Of a DNA stretch of 64,000 bases, positions 38,291 to 51,254 are shown piece by piece. The notes under the pieces were generated by a model. That model was not told the DNA's origin, made no database searches, and was given only the letters and a program-made list of their open reading frames with translations. Position 1 is the first letter of the stretch. Every line of letters begins with the position of its first letter. This DNA comes from Octopus sinensis (lineage: Eukaryota). A program made the translations under genes and the position numbers. Location of the stretch: NCBI RefSeq assembly GCF_006345805.1, contig NC_043009.1, positions 66,650,001 through 66,714,000 of the forward strand, written 5' to 3'.

Positions 38291-38570
38291 GTTTGTGCAT
38301 GGGTATGTATATACATATTTACATATGTACACATATATATATACACATATATATATACACACACATATATATATGTATATACATATATATATACACACAT
38401 ACATATATATATATACAAATATGTATGTATATATATATACACACATACATACATATAAAAGTATAATATATAAATATCTATATATATATTATATGCTCAC
38501 ATTACATATATGTGTGTACACAAGATATATATATATACGAGTATACATAGGTACATCACACAAACACACC

Positions 38571-38609
<39 letters not shown>

Positions 38610-38820
38610 TATATATTTATATATATATATATTGTGAGCCTGTGTACATATATATGTATGTATATATATATAACATTTAGAGAGGGAGGTACAAACACAC
38701 TCACACACATAAAAACAAGGGTATAAATAGCGTACTCTGCGATCCTGGTTGCTTAATCAAAACTTACTATACTGGCCTCATTATATAGCATTTATATATG
38801 ATACACCTACATTTATACAC

Positions 38821-39560
38821 ACATACACACACATAAATAAATATATTATATATATATATATAGAGAGAGAGAGGCATAGATAGACATATAGAAATATGTA
38901 TATAAATACATATATATATATACATATATGTGAGTGTGTATGTATAGTCATGTATACCCACACATACCTATGTCTCTCTCTCTCTATGTGTGGGTGGGTA
39001 TACATGACTATACATACACACACACATAAATAAATATATTATATATATATAGAGAGAGAGAGGCATAGATAGACATAGAGAAATATGTATATAAATACAT
39101 ATATATATATACATATATGTGAGTGTGTATGTATAGTCATGTATACCCACACATACCTATGTCTCTCTCTCTCTATGTGTGGGTGGGTATACATGACTAT
39201 ACATACACACACACATAAATAAATATATTATATATATATAGAGAGAGAGAGAGACATAGATAGACATATAGAAATATGTATATAAATAAATATACATATA
39301 TACATATATGTGTGTGTGTATATATAGTCATGTATACCTACACATACGTATGTCTCTCTCTCTATGTGTGGGTTTACATGACTATACATACGCACACACA
39401 TAAATAAATATATTATATATATATAGAGAGAGAGAGAGACATAGATAGACATATAGAAATATGTATATAAATACATATATATATATATATACATATATAT
39501 GAGTGTGTATGTATAGTCATGTATACCCACACATACGTATGTCTCTCTCTCTCTCTCTAT
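38821..39560. repeat. Minisatellite, ~4 x 187-190 bp, built from microsatellite pieces
   Basis: Unit ACATACACACACATAAATAAATATATT..GAGAGAGGCATAGATAGACATATAGAAATATG..TATAGTCATGTATACCCACACATACCTATGTCTCTCTC..GTGGGTATACATGACT repeats from about 38821, 39012, 39200 and 39386. Confidence 0.9.
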
Positions 39561-39797
39561 GTTTATCTGTAAGGGTGGGAGTGTCTCGTGATGATCGCGT
39601 AGGTGAGACATTAAATGCGTGCGATTGTATAAACAGCAACGATGATATCCCACCCATATATTCATATTGTCGCGCACGCGTGTATGTGTGTGTTGTATAT
39701 ATGTGCGTGTATACACATGTATGTATATACATATATATATACATATATATATACATACAAATATATATATATGTATATATGTATATATGTGTATATG

Positions 39798-39834
<37 letters not shown>

Positions 39835-39862
39835 CAATATATATATATATATATATATATAA

Positions 39863-39917
<55 letters not shown>

Positions 39918-40134
39918 ATATATATATATATATATGAGTATTATATGTACGTATTTCAATGTGTTTCTATGTATATAAATGTACTGATGTATACATGTGT
40001 CTTACGTAAACATATTCACATATATATATATATATAGTATATAATTATATATATTTGAAAACAAATATATATAAATACATGTATGTATTATGTGTGTATA
40101 TATGTATACATAATATATATACATATAATATATA

Positions 40135-40166
<32 letters not shown>

Positions 40167-40489
40167 TTATTTTATATATTCATGCATGTATACATACATA
40201 CATAAATACATACATACATTATACATACATACATACATACATACATACATACATACATACATACATACATACATGCATACATACGTACGTACGTAGGTAG
40301 TCAAACACACAAACGTGCAAACTTGTCGACAAAGTGCTATGGGTGATAAGTAGAATGGATAGAGAAGCGAGAGTGGAAAAGGCAGCTGTCATTGGTCAAT
40401 AAAAATATCGACGGAATCGCTTTAATTACGAAGTGTCCTGTTCAAACTTGTCTTCGATATATTTGCGGTGTCTGGGCACACTTCGGCTC

Positions 40490-40583
40490 GCTCACACGCG
40501 CACATCTACACAAACACACACACACACACACACACATACACACAGACACGCACACACATACACGCACACACACACATACATGC

Positions 40584-40624
<41 letters not shown>

Positions 40625-41420
40625 CACATATATATACACGTACACACGCACAGACACACACACACGTTCACACATACACACACACGTACACGCACACACA
40701 AACACACACACACATACAAACACACACATACACACATACACGCACACACACACATATATATATACACGTACACACGCACAGACACACACACACACGTTCA
40801 CACATACACACAGACACGCACACACAGACAGACACACACACACATACACACACACATATACACACATACACGCACACACACACACACACATACACACACA
40901 TATATATACACGCACACACACACACACACACATACACACACACGTACACAAGTATACAAATATAAGTATATAAACATTTACGCATGTGTGTGCGTGTGTG
41001 CGTGTGAGAAAAAGAGAGAGAGAGGAGAGAGAGATACTGTGTGTGTGTGTGTGTGTACATAAATCTGTCTGTGTATATGTGCGTCTATGGTAATACATGT
41101 AATTTTATGTGTATGCTAAAATTCAATCTATACGTATATTTGAGCGTATAAATAATCTGAGTGTATTTTTGTATAAAGAATCAAATCCGTTTGTGTGTGT
41201 CTGTGTGTGTGTGAGTGTGTGTGTGTGTGTGTGAGGGTGTGTGTGAGTGTGTGTGTGTGTGTGAGTGTGTGAGTGTGTGTGTGTGTGTGAGGGTGTGTGT
41301 GAGTGTGTGTGTGTGTGTACGTGTGTGTGTGTGTGTGAGTGTATGTGTGAGTGTGTGTGTGAGTGTGTGTGTGTGAGTGTGTGTGTGTGTGTGTGTCTGT
41401 GTGTGTGCGTGTGTGTACGT
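40490..41420. repeat. Complex (CA)n then (GT)n tracts with higher-order duplications
   Basis: CACATATATATACACGTACACACGCACAGACACACACACACGTTCACACATACAC occurs twice; (GT)n with recurrent GAGG/GAGT interruptions at 41190-41420. Confidence 0.9.
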
Positions 41421-42494
41421 GTGTTTTTCAATACAGGCTCGTATGTGTTTGCTTGCTCATATAATCATATATGTATACACCTTTACGAGCTGGTGTACAT
41501 ATATGTAATATATACATCTATACCCACCGAGCGTGTATTTATACGCATGCGCTTCGATGTCCGCACGTATGTGTATGAACGTATGTGTGTACGTGTGTAT
41601 GTGCATGCGTATACCTTTGCAGTGTATATGTGTGTGACGATGCTTCTGTTTCTGGACTTAATTGATATTTAATTAACTCCTGATGCGTAACGAAAATATG
41701 AGAGCAGAGCCTGACAAATGAGACTCAGCTGAGTTACAGGAATAAAACAATCAAACCACAAGTCAATCAATTCAATTACCTCGATTCGATTTTTACCTTT
41801 CTTTCTTTCGTTCCTTCTCTCTTTCTTCCGCCCCCTCCTCTCCCCGCTCCTCATCCCTCGTTTTTCACTTTTGTCAATAATCTTTACCTGAATCTTGCTA
41901 CATTCGCTGACTCTACATGAAATGTTAGCAGTTCTGATTAGGTGTTCTTTTGCAATTTTGCATCCTGCTTCTTCTATCCTTCCATCACGTGTAATTTCTT
42001 AAAATTCCACCAGTCGATGCAACACAAAGCCATTCCCATATTTGCTACCGCCACTCTGATTCATACTCGATATAGCTGCTCACTAAATAAACAAGCTAAT
42101 GTTCGCTTATCCCTTTTTTTTCTTTTTTAATGGCGAGGATATTATACAATCTCCTTTGATGTATGTGGCCTTTAAAAACAAAACCATCACTTGATTGCTG
42201 TTATATCATAATATCTTAACGTAGCCCCTAAAAACGAAGGTTCAGAATTGTTTATTCAAGTTGTGAGCAGAGAAATACGTATTGTCAATACACGTATGAG
42301 ACCAATTCAGCGACCGTTTCTTGTGGCTCTATAGCAAACACATCAATAAATTCGTCTGGGTATGACGTAAACATGGGATTGAATTTCCATGAGAATATAA
42401 TATCTAAGAATATTCTAAGTGAATCTAGTGTCGAAGCTGATTTTTGGCAGAAGCGTTAATTGTATTGATAAGAATCCTGCCACAAAAAAAAAAA

Positions 42495-42725
42495 CGGCGG
42501 TGAGCTGGCAGAGACGTTAGCACGCCGGGCGAAGTGCGTAGCCGTATTTCGCCCGTCGCTACGTTGAGTTCAAATTCCGCCGAGGTCGACTTTGCCTTTC
42601 ATCATTTCGAGGTCGATAAATTAAGTACCAGTTACGCACTGGAGTCGATGTAACCGACTTAATGCGTTTCTCTGTCCTTGTTTGTCACCTCTATGTTTAG
42701 CCCCTTGTGGGTAATAAAAGAACAG
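42495..42725 (+). mobile_element. SINE family A, full-length, type-2 tail
   Basis: GGCGGTGAGCTGGCAGAGACGTTAGCACGCCGGGCG (A-box)...GAGTTCAAATTCCGCCGAGGTCGACTTTGCCTTTCATC...TTAGCCCCTTGTGGGTAATAAAAG. Confidence 0.9.
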
Positions 42726-42919
42726 ATAAGTATCCGGCCACAAAAATATGGTAAAATCCCAAGAATGAATTTCAACAAAAAGCTCACCTGATTCGGTAGA
42801 ACAACAACGCATTCCTCTCTAAAGCCATTTTGCATTTATTCAAATTACAGCGAGTTCCACCCTTTCATAAAACATTAACATGATATAAAGACATTTTCAG
42901 AAAGGGTCTTTCATAAAAG

Positions 42920-43165
42920 ATACGAAACAAAATATTGTGCTGAGCCAACAGTTTTGCAATATTTTCGTAATTTATTTGCTTTCTTCGTCAAGTTACTACA
43001 AAAACAGCCTAGCATTTGAAGTATAAGCCATTGTGTTGCAACATCTGAAGCCACTTTTCTGCCAGTTCTTTGATCCCGCGCTGATACCAGTTCTTGTCCT
43101 TTGAGGTGAAGAACTCCTTCACCGAAGCGTCCACCTCCTCTTGATTGATGAAATTTCTATGCAGT
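42920..43165 (-). mobile_element. Mariner transposase C-terminal remnant
   Basis: Minus translation RNFINQEEVDASVKEFFTSKDKNWYQRGIKELAEKWLQMLQHNGLYF, a typical mariner end (F....FY..GI..L..RW..C....G.Y). Confidence 0.85.
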
Positions 43166-43772
43166 GAGAGGAATAGATAAAGAATGACCCTTTTCTATCA
43201 GGGCCGACCATAATTATATTCTGCCTTCTGAATTGATTGTAATCATACAAACATTCCCAAGTCCCCTTCAATCAACAAAGGGATCTCACCGTAGTGGCTC
43301 ATTTTGCTAGAAATATGAACCAAATCTTCCTCAAATTACTCCCTGTTGTTTTCTAATTTTTAAAAAAGTGCATTGACAGCATAGTTCAAGTTATGACACA
43401 TCGGAAAAAGTTGAGGTGGGCATGGTTGGAGTGTTTGTTTCATGCAAATTTTGCACGATTGGAATTTTGCACGATTATGCATTTGCTCATTTACTCTTAA
43501 TCATTTTAAAGGACCAAAATAATGTTTAAGCAGAATGTTTTTGTCAGAGTACAATTCAGAAGATCGTGTCTATAAATTGGCTAAAAACACATCGATCCTG
43601 AACGGATAATACTTTACGAATGGCGATTCTTTACTGGGATAGATTTGATTCAGTGCCATATTATATCTGTCAATTCGCTGTCAGAACCAAATTAGGATTT
43701 TGTAGATTACTGTGCTACATGTACCCTGAGGCCTTCAATGATATTCTTAATAACTTTTCACTTGATTTTCAG

Positions 43773-43843
43773 ATGCCTCTCAGCTGGCAGATGACCATGG
43801 TTGCAACCTCTAAAACTCATGCCTGAATCTAGCATTGCCTTTG
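43773..43843 (+). other. Candidate 71-nt non-coding or poison exon
   Basis: Branch-like CTTAAT, acceptor CTTTTCACTTGATTTTCAG, donor TTG|GTAAGT; stops in all three frames. Confidence 0.35.
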
Positions 43844-44897
43844 GTAAGTATTTGATACAAATTCCCACCTTTTTTTTTATTGAGAAGAACGTAACCTTAA
43901 TGGATGAAAAGTATAAGATGTTGTCTCACTGATAACTTAATCATAAATTAATACACTACGTGTTCGCTTAACCTGCTAGAAATAGCCAACAAAACTGAAC
44001 ACAGTTCTGTATGGAATGGTACTTTGCTTCGCAACCATGTGCTTCCAGAGTCGATTTCACTGCGCAGAACCAGGGACAAATATATTCTACGGTAGTTGTG
44101 GGTTGCCATCTTGCGAAAAGAAATTGGCAAACGGGAAAACAAACAGAACGCCGAAGGGTCAAAAAATGCACGTCTTTCTAACGGAGTGAAAAACAAACCT
44201 AGGGCGGTTGTGCATATAAGTAACGTTAAAGTTGGAATTCCTAATACTTTTTCATGCCCTTAATCTTAGATGGAACTCTTAAATATTTTCATATATTTTC
44301 GTATAAGTTTTGCCCCAATCCCTTTTATAATGGTTATTGGAAATTTTACCATAATCATTTTGTTGTAGGAAAATTTGCCGTAAAAATATATATATTGCAA
44401 AAAAAAATTAGCTGTTTTCTTAAAATGTCAACTTCATCAACTAACCTACTAATTGCTTCCAAATGAGCTTACAGTCTGCTTGTGCCCCACCCTCTCCTGA
44501 CAGTGGAATTTACTACAAATTTTCCCATACAAATATTCTTATGACGAATTTTCCAGGCACGTTTTATATCGTATAGTTTTCATTCCACGGGTATTTGTTA
44601 TAAATCTTCTGGCACCCCGAGGCGAACAAAACTGTTGATAAAAATGTGCCGAAATCGTTGTCAACTTAATTCAAACTGCTGAGGAGACATTGCAGTCCAC
44701 GTTTGTGTTTTTCTTTCCATGGGGCGTTTTACACGTCTTTTAATGCTTATGTTTTCTTCTCTTTGATTGCAACGCCACGCTGACGTTTTATCCCATGATG
44801 TTTAAATATCCCCCACAAACCGTTCTGTCGGGTCCTTTCGGCGTTCAGTTCTCTGTCTCCTCCCCCTCTCTCTCTCTCTCTTTCTCTCCCCATACTC

Positions 44898-44929
<32 letters not shown>

Positions 44930-45533
44930 AACATTGTTCCCTCTTATTCTAACCCTTCTCTAAATGCCTTTCTGATTTCCCTGATTCTCATCCTATTCCC
45001 TATAAATGCTTCAATTATTTTTTTTATTTGGGTTCGTTTTCTATGACGTCATTCTTCGCCATATTTCTTCGTTCACAAGCAACAACCTACTACCTTTTAT
45101 CCATTCGACTCCTTTATACAATCATCCTTGAAGGATTTTCACTGTTCAATATTCTTCGTCACTTTCTCTCCTGTCCTGATTTTCGTAACCATAACAGATT
45201 ATTATTTTCCGTGACCATGCAGTCGGTTGACTGACTGAAAGATTTTCCCATGTCAAATTATTTGTAAACGTTCGTATTCTTATTGTCGTTCTGCCTTGTC
45301 CGTGTCTTACTTTGGTCATTGGGTTTGACCTTTTCTCTGGGTCAATCTGGGTCAATCCTCCGGTGAAAATTAAAATCCCACCCCACACAACATTTGCAAT
45401 TAATTTTGATTCTTCTTTCACTGGTGAGTCCCTCAGCCAGTAAATGTTGCGTTGTTGTTCTTGAACTTGCTTTAAGGTGAGAAAATCGATTTAACGTTGA
45501 CACATACACTCACACACACACACCACACACACA

Positions 45534-45565
<32 letters not shown>

Positions 45566-45740
45566 CTACATACGTATATCTAGAGGTTGATAGAGTGAGA
45601 TACATACATACATGCATACATACATTCATAACTACATACATACATACTACATACATACATACATACATACATACATACATACATACATACATACATTCAT
45701 ATATAGATATATCAATGTATATGTGTGTGTGTCAATGTTA

Positions 45741-45879
45741 TAAGAAGCTTACTTCTCAGACACCTGGTTCCGAGTTCAGCCTCACTGCGTGGCACCTTGG
45801 GTAAGTGTCTTTTGCTATAGCCCCAGATACACCAAAGCCTTGTAAGAGGATGTCGTAGGCGAAAACTGAAAGAAGCACA

Positions 45880-45932
<53 letters not shown>
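45741..45932 (+). mobile_element. SINE B, truncated at its internal (GT)n
   Basis: AAGAAGCTTACTTCTC..GGTTCCGAGTTCAGCCTCACTGCGTGGCACCTTGGGTAAGTGTCTT..AAACTGAAAGAAGCACATCG(TG)n. Confidence 0.8.
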
Positions 45933-45935
<3 letters not shown>

Positions 45936-47289
45936 ACTGTGTTTACAAATACCTATGAACATCGGATTGGCTTTTAAGCTTGATATTAGGTTCTTCATAG
46001 AATAGAGTTAACTCTGCATCTTAAATCTACATTTTAAGGACCAATCAGAGGTAATCAAATCTATCACTTTAAAACCGCGAATACAGATGCATTGATTTCA
46101 CTGATTATATTAACCAGGTCCCTGTTTCAATTTACCGAGAATTTTACTTAGTGAAAACAATATGTGAAAGTTACTTTCCGACATCTCCAGTCTCTAACAC
46201 TGATTCTATTGTCAGTTGACAATTGGAGGTTCTCACATCCGTTGCGTCCCTGATGTCCTTGAAAAACAGGATGAATGTCACCGAAACCATTTGCTTCCTT
46301 TTCCTGGCAATGTAACAGCCGTTGTTTGCCTAATCGACAAGAAAATCAAACCTATATGATAACAATATTTTATCGAATAAATAGACACAGTTTTTGTGTC
46401 GTACAGTAGATTCAAGTAAGTATATAACGTAGCAAAACTATTTTTTATTGTTTTAAATCGATATTTGTAATGCTTTATTTCTTTCTCCACTCCTCGCCCT
46501 CTTCAATATGTTATTCAGTTTTATAGCGACGAGTATTTTATTTATAAATCATACAAGGAAAATGTGTTTAAGCGCCTTCTTTGCTTTCTTTTTATTCTTT
46601 TTTTTTATTTTCCTTTTACAACGATTGCGTGATATCTTTTAGGTAGTATTATATCAAGTATGTATATACATACATACATACATATATGCAAGTATGTATG
46701 TATGTACATTCTTATCAACCTCATTTTTTTACTCTTCTGTTCGTTATATTTTTCCCTTATACAATATATGCAATATTTCTAAACTGCTTTTCTATTTATC
46801 AAAGACGTTTCTGTCACATATTAGCAATTTCCTTATCGTTAAGTGTGTCTAATATTTTAAATATACCTAGATTCTTCTTTCATTTCCTAACTGTGTCTTA
46901 TTTTTTCTTCTTTGTTTTTCCTTCTATTTTTTTTTTCTTCTTTCAGAACCACATTCCTTCAAACACGATGAGAGAAGAAACTAACAGACGCCATAGCAGT
47001 TATTTCTTTCCGTTCATTTTTTTAACAAATTATCCTCAAGGATGGGCGCTATTATTATTTTAGTAAAGCAAATGGGTTTCAAAGTATAGACAGACGTCTA
47101 AAGTATTATTTTCTCCTACCTCGACCCTCAACTCTATATTCTGGTACTTTCATGCCCTTTGGGACTTATTCTCTGTGGTTTAGGTCTAAATCTTTATCGA
47201 ATCACAACCATTCGTCCTTTTGAGATTTATTTTGGTTTCAGTAGAGCTAAACAGATGAGAGAAGAAAGTCTCTCTTGCGTTACACACAG

Positions 47290-47322
47290 AGCAATCGACA
47301 GAAAACCAGACTCCACGATAAG
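47290..47322 (+). other. Candidate 33-nt frame-preserving small exon
   Basis: Acceptor TCTCTCTTGCGTTACACACAG, donor AAG|GTAAGA; two of three phases open (SNRQKTRLHDK or AIDRKPDSTI). Confidence 0.25.
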
Positions 47323-47776
47323 GTAAGACACCGAATCGCACGTCTGGACAACAAGCGTTCCACCATCAGTGGTCAGTGGTAGCGAAGATATAGCAGCGAT
47401 AGGACATTCGACTTCCCAGGAATAGTAGTCACATCTCCCTCATACTACACGATGCTTTTCACAAAGAAAGACAAGACGGTCACGGTTAGAATGTATTTTA
47501 GTCTTAGTTCTGCTTTTTCAGAATTGACCTAGGGATGAAGAACAGACAAATAAATAACCTTGATGCTGTATTTTGACTGATGAGAGTTTAGTGTTTTCTT
47601 CATACACACTCGCACATACAAAGATCACACACACTTATGCAAAACACGCAAACACGCACAGGATGACGACTGTGTATTAGAGAATATGAACTCACCACCT
47701 CTTAGTCGTTTGTCATGCACATATTTTAGATCAGATCGACTGAATTTTAAATGACTCAATGTCATGTTTGTTGTTG

Positions 47777-47808
<32 letters not shown>

Positions 47809-48527
47809 GGTGGTGGTGGTGGTGGTGGTGGTGGTGGTGGTGGAGGTTAGCTCTGTTTCGACAGAAACGTGGCTATATGATCAAACGCGTTATAGCATTG
47901 TCGCTTTTCGAAGATGCTATGGTGTAGTTTGATAGAAATTTACCTGTTACTTCTTGTTGGCCGAGCAACCGCATAGAACAAGATGAGTGGAATCTTAAAC
48001 TTTCATCTGCCTCTCTGCCATTTGCAATGAGTGGATGGCAACAAAACCAGGAACGATGGTAAAATACTCTGGCGGCCGATTTCGATAGAACAAAACAGCA
48101 TAGCCATAGTTTTACTTACTGTACGGCAATTTTCTTGACCGAAATATAGAAAAAAATATAGAAAAAAAACCCATACAATTAATCTGAAATAAGATTAAGA
48201 TGAAACACGACATTCGTATAATGAAATATATAAATGATCGACTTATGGTTTCATACTTTACTCCGGTATACTGTGACAGCGGAGTACTTACATGCACAAA
48301 ATTATACATTTCCCACGACACTATAAAAATAAGGATATGATGAACAATCCTAAACAGGTTTTGTTTTTTCTTGTTTTTGTTCACACAATATATTGGTAAA
48401 ATAAGGATGCACCTTATACGCCGGCAAATTATTTTAACTTGACTTTATAATTAACTTTTCATAAATACTTCCGTTCGACATTTACGCAGAGAAAACGCAC
48501 ACGCGCACACACACAGAGGCATACTCA

Positions 48528-48559
<32 letters not shown>

Positions 48560-48611
48560 CTCAAACACTTTCATGTGCATGTATGTGTGTGAATATATAT
48601 GTGTATATGTC

Positions 48612-48688
<77 letters not shown>

Positions 48689-48695
48689 ATATATA

Positions 48696-48913
48696 GGCAC
48701 AAGAGTGGCTGTGTGGTAAGAAGCTTGCTTCCCAACATGGTTCCGGTTCAGTCCCACTGCTCAAGTGTCTTCTACTAAAGCATCGGGCCGCCCAGAGCCT
48801 TGTGAATAGATTTGGTAGACAGAAACTGAAAGAAGCCCGTCGTGTGTGTTGTGTGTGTGTGAGTGTGTGTGTGTGTATGTGTGTGCGTGTGTGCGTGTGT
48901 GCGTGTGTGTGTG

Positions 48914-48945
<32 letters not shown>
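48696..48945 (+). mobile_element. SINE B, truncated at its internal (GT)n
   Basis: GGCACAAGAGTGGCTGTGTGGTAAGAAGCTTGCTTCCCAAC..GGTTCAGTCCCACTG..GAAACTGAAAGAAGCCCGTCG(TG)n. Confidence 0.85.
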
Positions 48946-48948
<3 letters not shown>

Positions 48949-49904
48949 TTTGTGTGTATAATTATCTACGTACGAAGTTGATGTTTGAAAGCGAGATAAA
49001 TTCATCATTGGGAAATGAGAATTATGGTAATAATTGAAATAAATATCTCGCGAAGACAACGGAAATACATTTTCGTGTAAGGTATGTTCGCTGAAAACTC
49101 GATAAACACGGAATTAATTCGTGTTTAGAGCAATAATTTCACGAAAAATGAAGGCGGTTAGAAAGACGGGACATTAAAAAAAAAACACAATCATTTCATA
49201 TTTATTCACAAACGCTGATTAGATTTACAGGCAAAGAAACTGTAACAGAACGTTTGATGGTTTTTGCCTCCTTCCGTTACTCTATACGGTGACAATCTCT
49301 ATAACGAGTGTTCTGTTTCGTTTTTATTCGTTGATGAAGCGAATACTAGAAACAATTGCTTTTGCCCAAAGACGATTCACATGAGCATATAATTTACATA
49401 CATAACTACATATCTATATTTAAATATATATATATGTGCATGTACGTATGTCTGTGTGAGGGTTGTTTTTGTGTACGTCTCTGCGTGAGTGTTTGTGTGT
49501 GTATGTGTGTGTGTGTACATATTCAAATGTGTTCAGTCATTTTCTTGGTACTATTCATTTCTTTCAGGTCGCCATGTTCCTTTTTGACGCGGTGGATTCG
49601 TCCGTGCATTGCATTCTAAAATGGTCATTTATAACAATTCTCTGTCTTCATGTCTTTTTATTCAACGTCATACGACCATGGCCATACGTTTGAATTTCCA
49701 CCGCTGGATGTTACACATTGTTTTTCTTAAGATCGATTGATATGCTAAAGGAGTTCGATATGTTAAGGGGCTTCTGTTATTTTGCTAGGATAGAAAGGAA
49801 TTTGTGTGCCTCATAGATCCTTATCAGTTTTGGCAGGCATCAGAACGCATCAGCGAATATACTGTCTGCTTAGTTCTATAAACACTTTTCATTGGCCCGA
49901 GTAG

Positions 49905-49955
49905 TTTAGACTGAGGAGACACACATTAAGGTCGAAACACAGCAGTATTTCCAAA
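49905..49955 (+). ncRNA. Hammerhead-like motif (full core, weak stem I)
   Basis: AGA-CUGAGGA-GAC-acacauuaag-GUC-GAAA-C-acagca-G-UA-UUU. Confidence 0.4.
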
Positions 49956-50153
49956 ATCTTTTTCAATCAATAAAGCGCATATTTTATGAAAACACTTTCT
50001 CTGATGGCGGAAGAAAGCTCTACAATAACAAGAAGAACAGCAATCAAATATCCACGTTCGGATTTATCAGAACGCATCGAGAATAAAAAGACATGTTAGA
50101 AAGTTTACGTTTAAGTTTAAATTTATTTCATATTATATATTTTCTTCCACAAT

Positions 50154-50194
50154 TCTTTAAACGTTTCTACACGATTGTGCTTCATCAGTAAAGA
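50154..50194 (-). ncRNA. Minimal type-I hammerhead motif
   Basis: Minus strand UCUUUA-CUGAUGA-A-GCAC-aauc-GUGU-A-GAAA-CG-UU-UAAAGA; perfect 6-bp stem I, extra A on both sides of stem II. Confidence 0.6.
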
Positions 50195-50953
50195 CTGGCA
50201 AATAGAAAATTCATTATATTGTTTTAAAGTAAAATATTCAGATTATTGTCTTAATTCTAAATTACGAAAGGAAAATAAAGAAGAAAAAGTAAAAAACAAA
50301 GAGAAAGAAATATCACGTGGGAATTGCTTCATTATTCACACGGTACGAACTTCTCGTCTTTTTCCTTGGTTTTCGTTCCGTTATCATAGCAAAAGCGTTT
50401 CTGTTTAAAAGTGATAAATTAAAAGTAATTAAAAGTAATTAATGTTTAGTGTAAACCCTAAGGTGAAGATAAAAATCTGTTTACAGTTAATTATTTTATA
50501 TCGTGTATATACAAAGGTTTGTTTTATTATCTGTTGATGGGTTTCGACATGTGTATATATATATATATCACATAGGTATATTACCTGGACAGTTATCTTT
50601 GTATTATTCTTTAACGATGTGCATAAAGTAAAGACAATACAGATATGCACAAAAGATGGACTCGACCAGAGACTCTTATTCTTTCCTCCACCAAGCGGGA
50701 ATTGTTCCATGAAAAAGATTTGAGGAGTATTTTCCAGTTTGTCCTTCCAACGAATCATGATAACTTGTTACCATTTATTTCAACTACTAACAACGAAGAA
50801 CTATGATACAAGGAACTCCAATCCATACAATAACACAACTAGGACTTCATCGTTAATGCCGCTATCATAATAACAATGACATATCATTACCTAACCACTC
50901 ATGGAGAGTACACACGCGTAAAAATACTTACGGGAATGAAAACTTGTCTAGAC

Positions 50954-51254
50954 TAGTGCTTCTCAAACTATCTGATGTGGCGTACCGGCAGTCTTTTTTT
51001 TTCAATGTGCCAGGGACCTGTAATATTACTTGGTAATATTTATTTATACCGGAAACAATATACACAATGAATATAATAAAAGTTGACATTTTTTTATCGT
51101 ATATTTTAATTTATAAGCAAATAATACAATATTACATAAGCATTTTATAAGCATTTTATAATGTTTCTTTCTTTTCTGGAAACTCGCCGCGTACCGGCAG
51201 CTGATGGCTCGCGGACCGGCACCGGTCCGCGGACCACCACTTTGAGTAACACTG
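50954..51254. mobile_element. hAT (Charlie/Buster-like) MITE, 301 bp
   Basis: TIRs TAGTGCTTCTCAAA / TTTGAGTAACACTG; 8-bp TSD GTCTAGAC (50946-53) and GCCTAGAC (51255-62) with the CTAG core typical of this group; subterminal GTACCGGC repeats and palindrome GCGGACCGGCACCGGTCCGC. Confidence 0.88.

Noticed and set aside
38821-39560. CRISPR-like repeat-spacer array
   Set aside because: The units are fully repeated with no unique spacers, the context is eukaryotic and there are no cas genes; no prokaryotic operon features occur anywhere in the window.
41675-41705. CUGAUGC-GUAAC-GAAA motif (and UUGAUGAAG..AGAAACAAUUG at about 49331)
   Set aside because: Core mismatches and no A15.1-U16.1 pair or stem II; consistent with chance.
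43948-44196. Minus ORF with CAAGATGGC (YY1/Kozak-like) as a possible first exon
   Set aside because: The putative donor lies in a short interspersed repeat (GCTATTTCTAGCAGG, similar copies at about 3225 and 4795); the peptide is unrecognisable.
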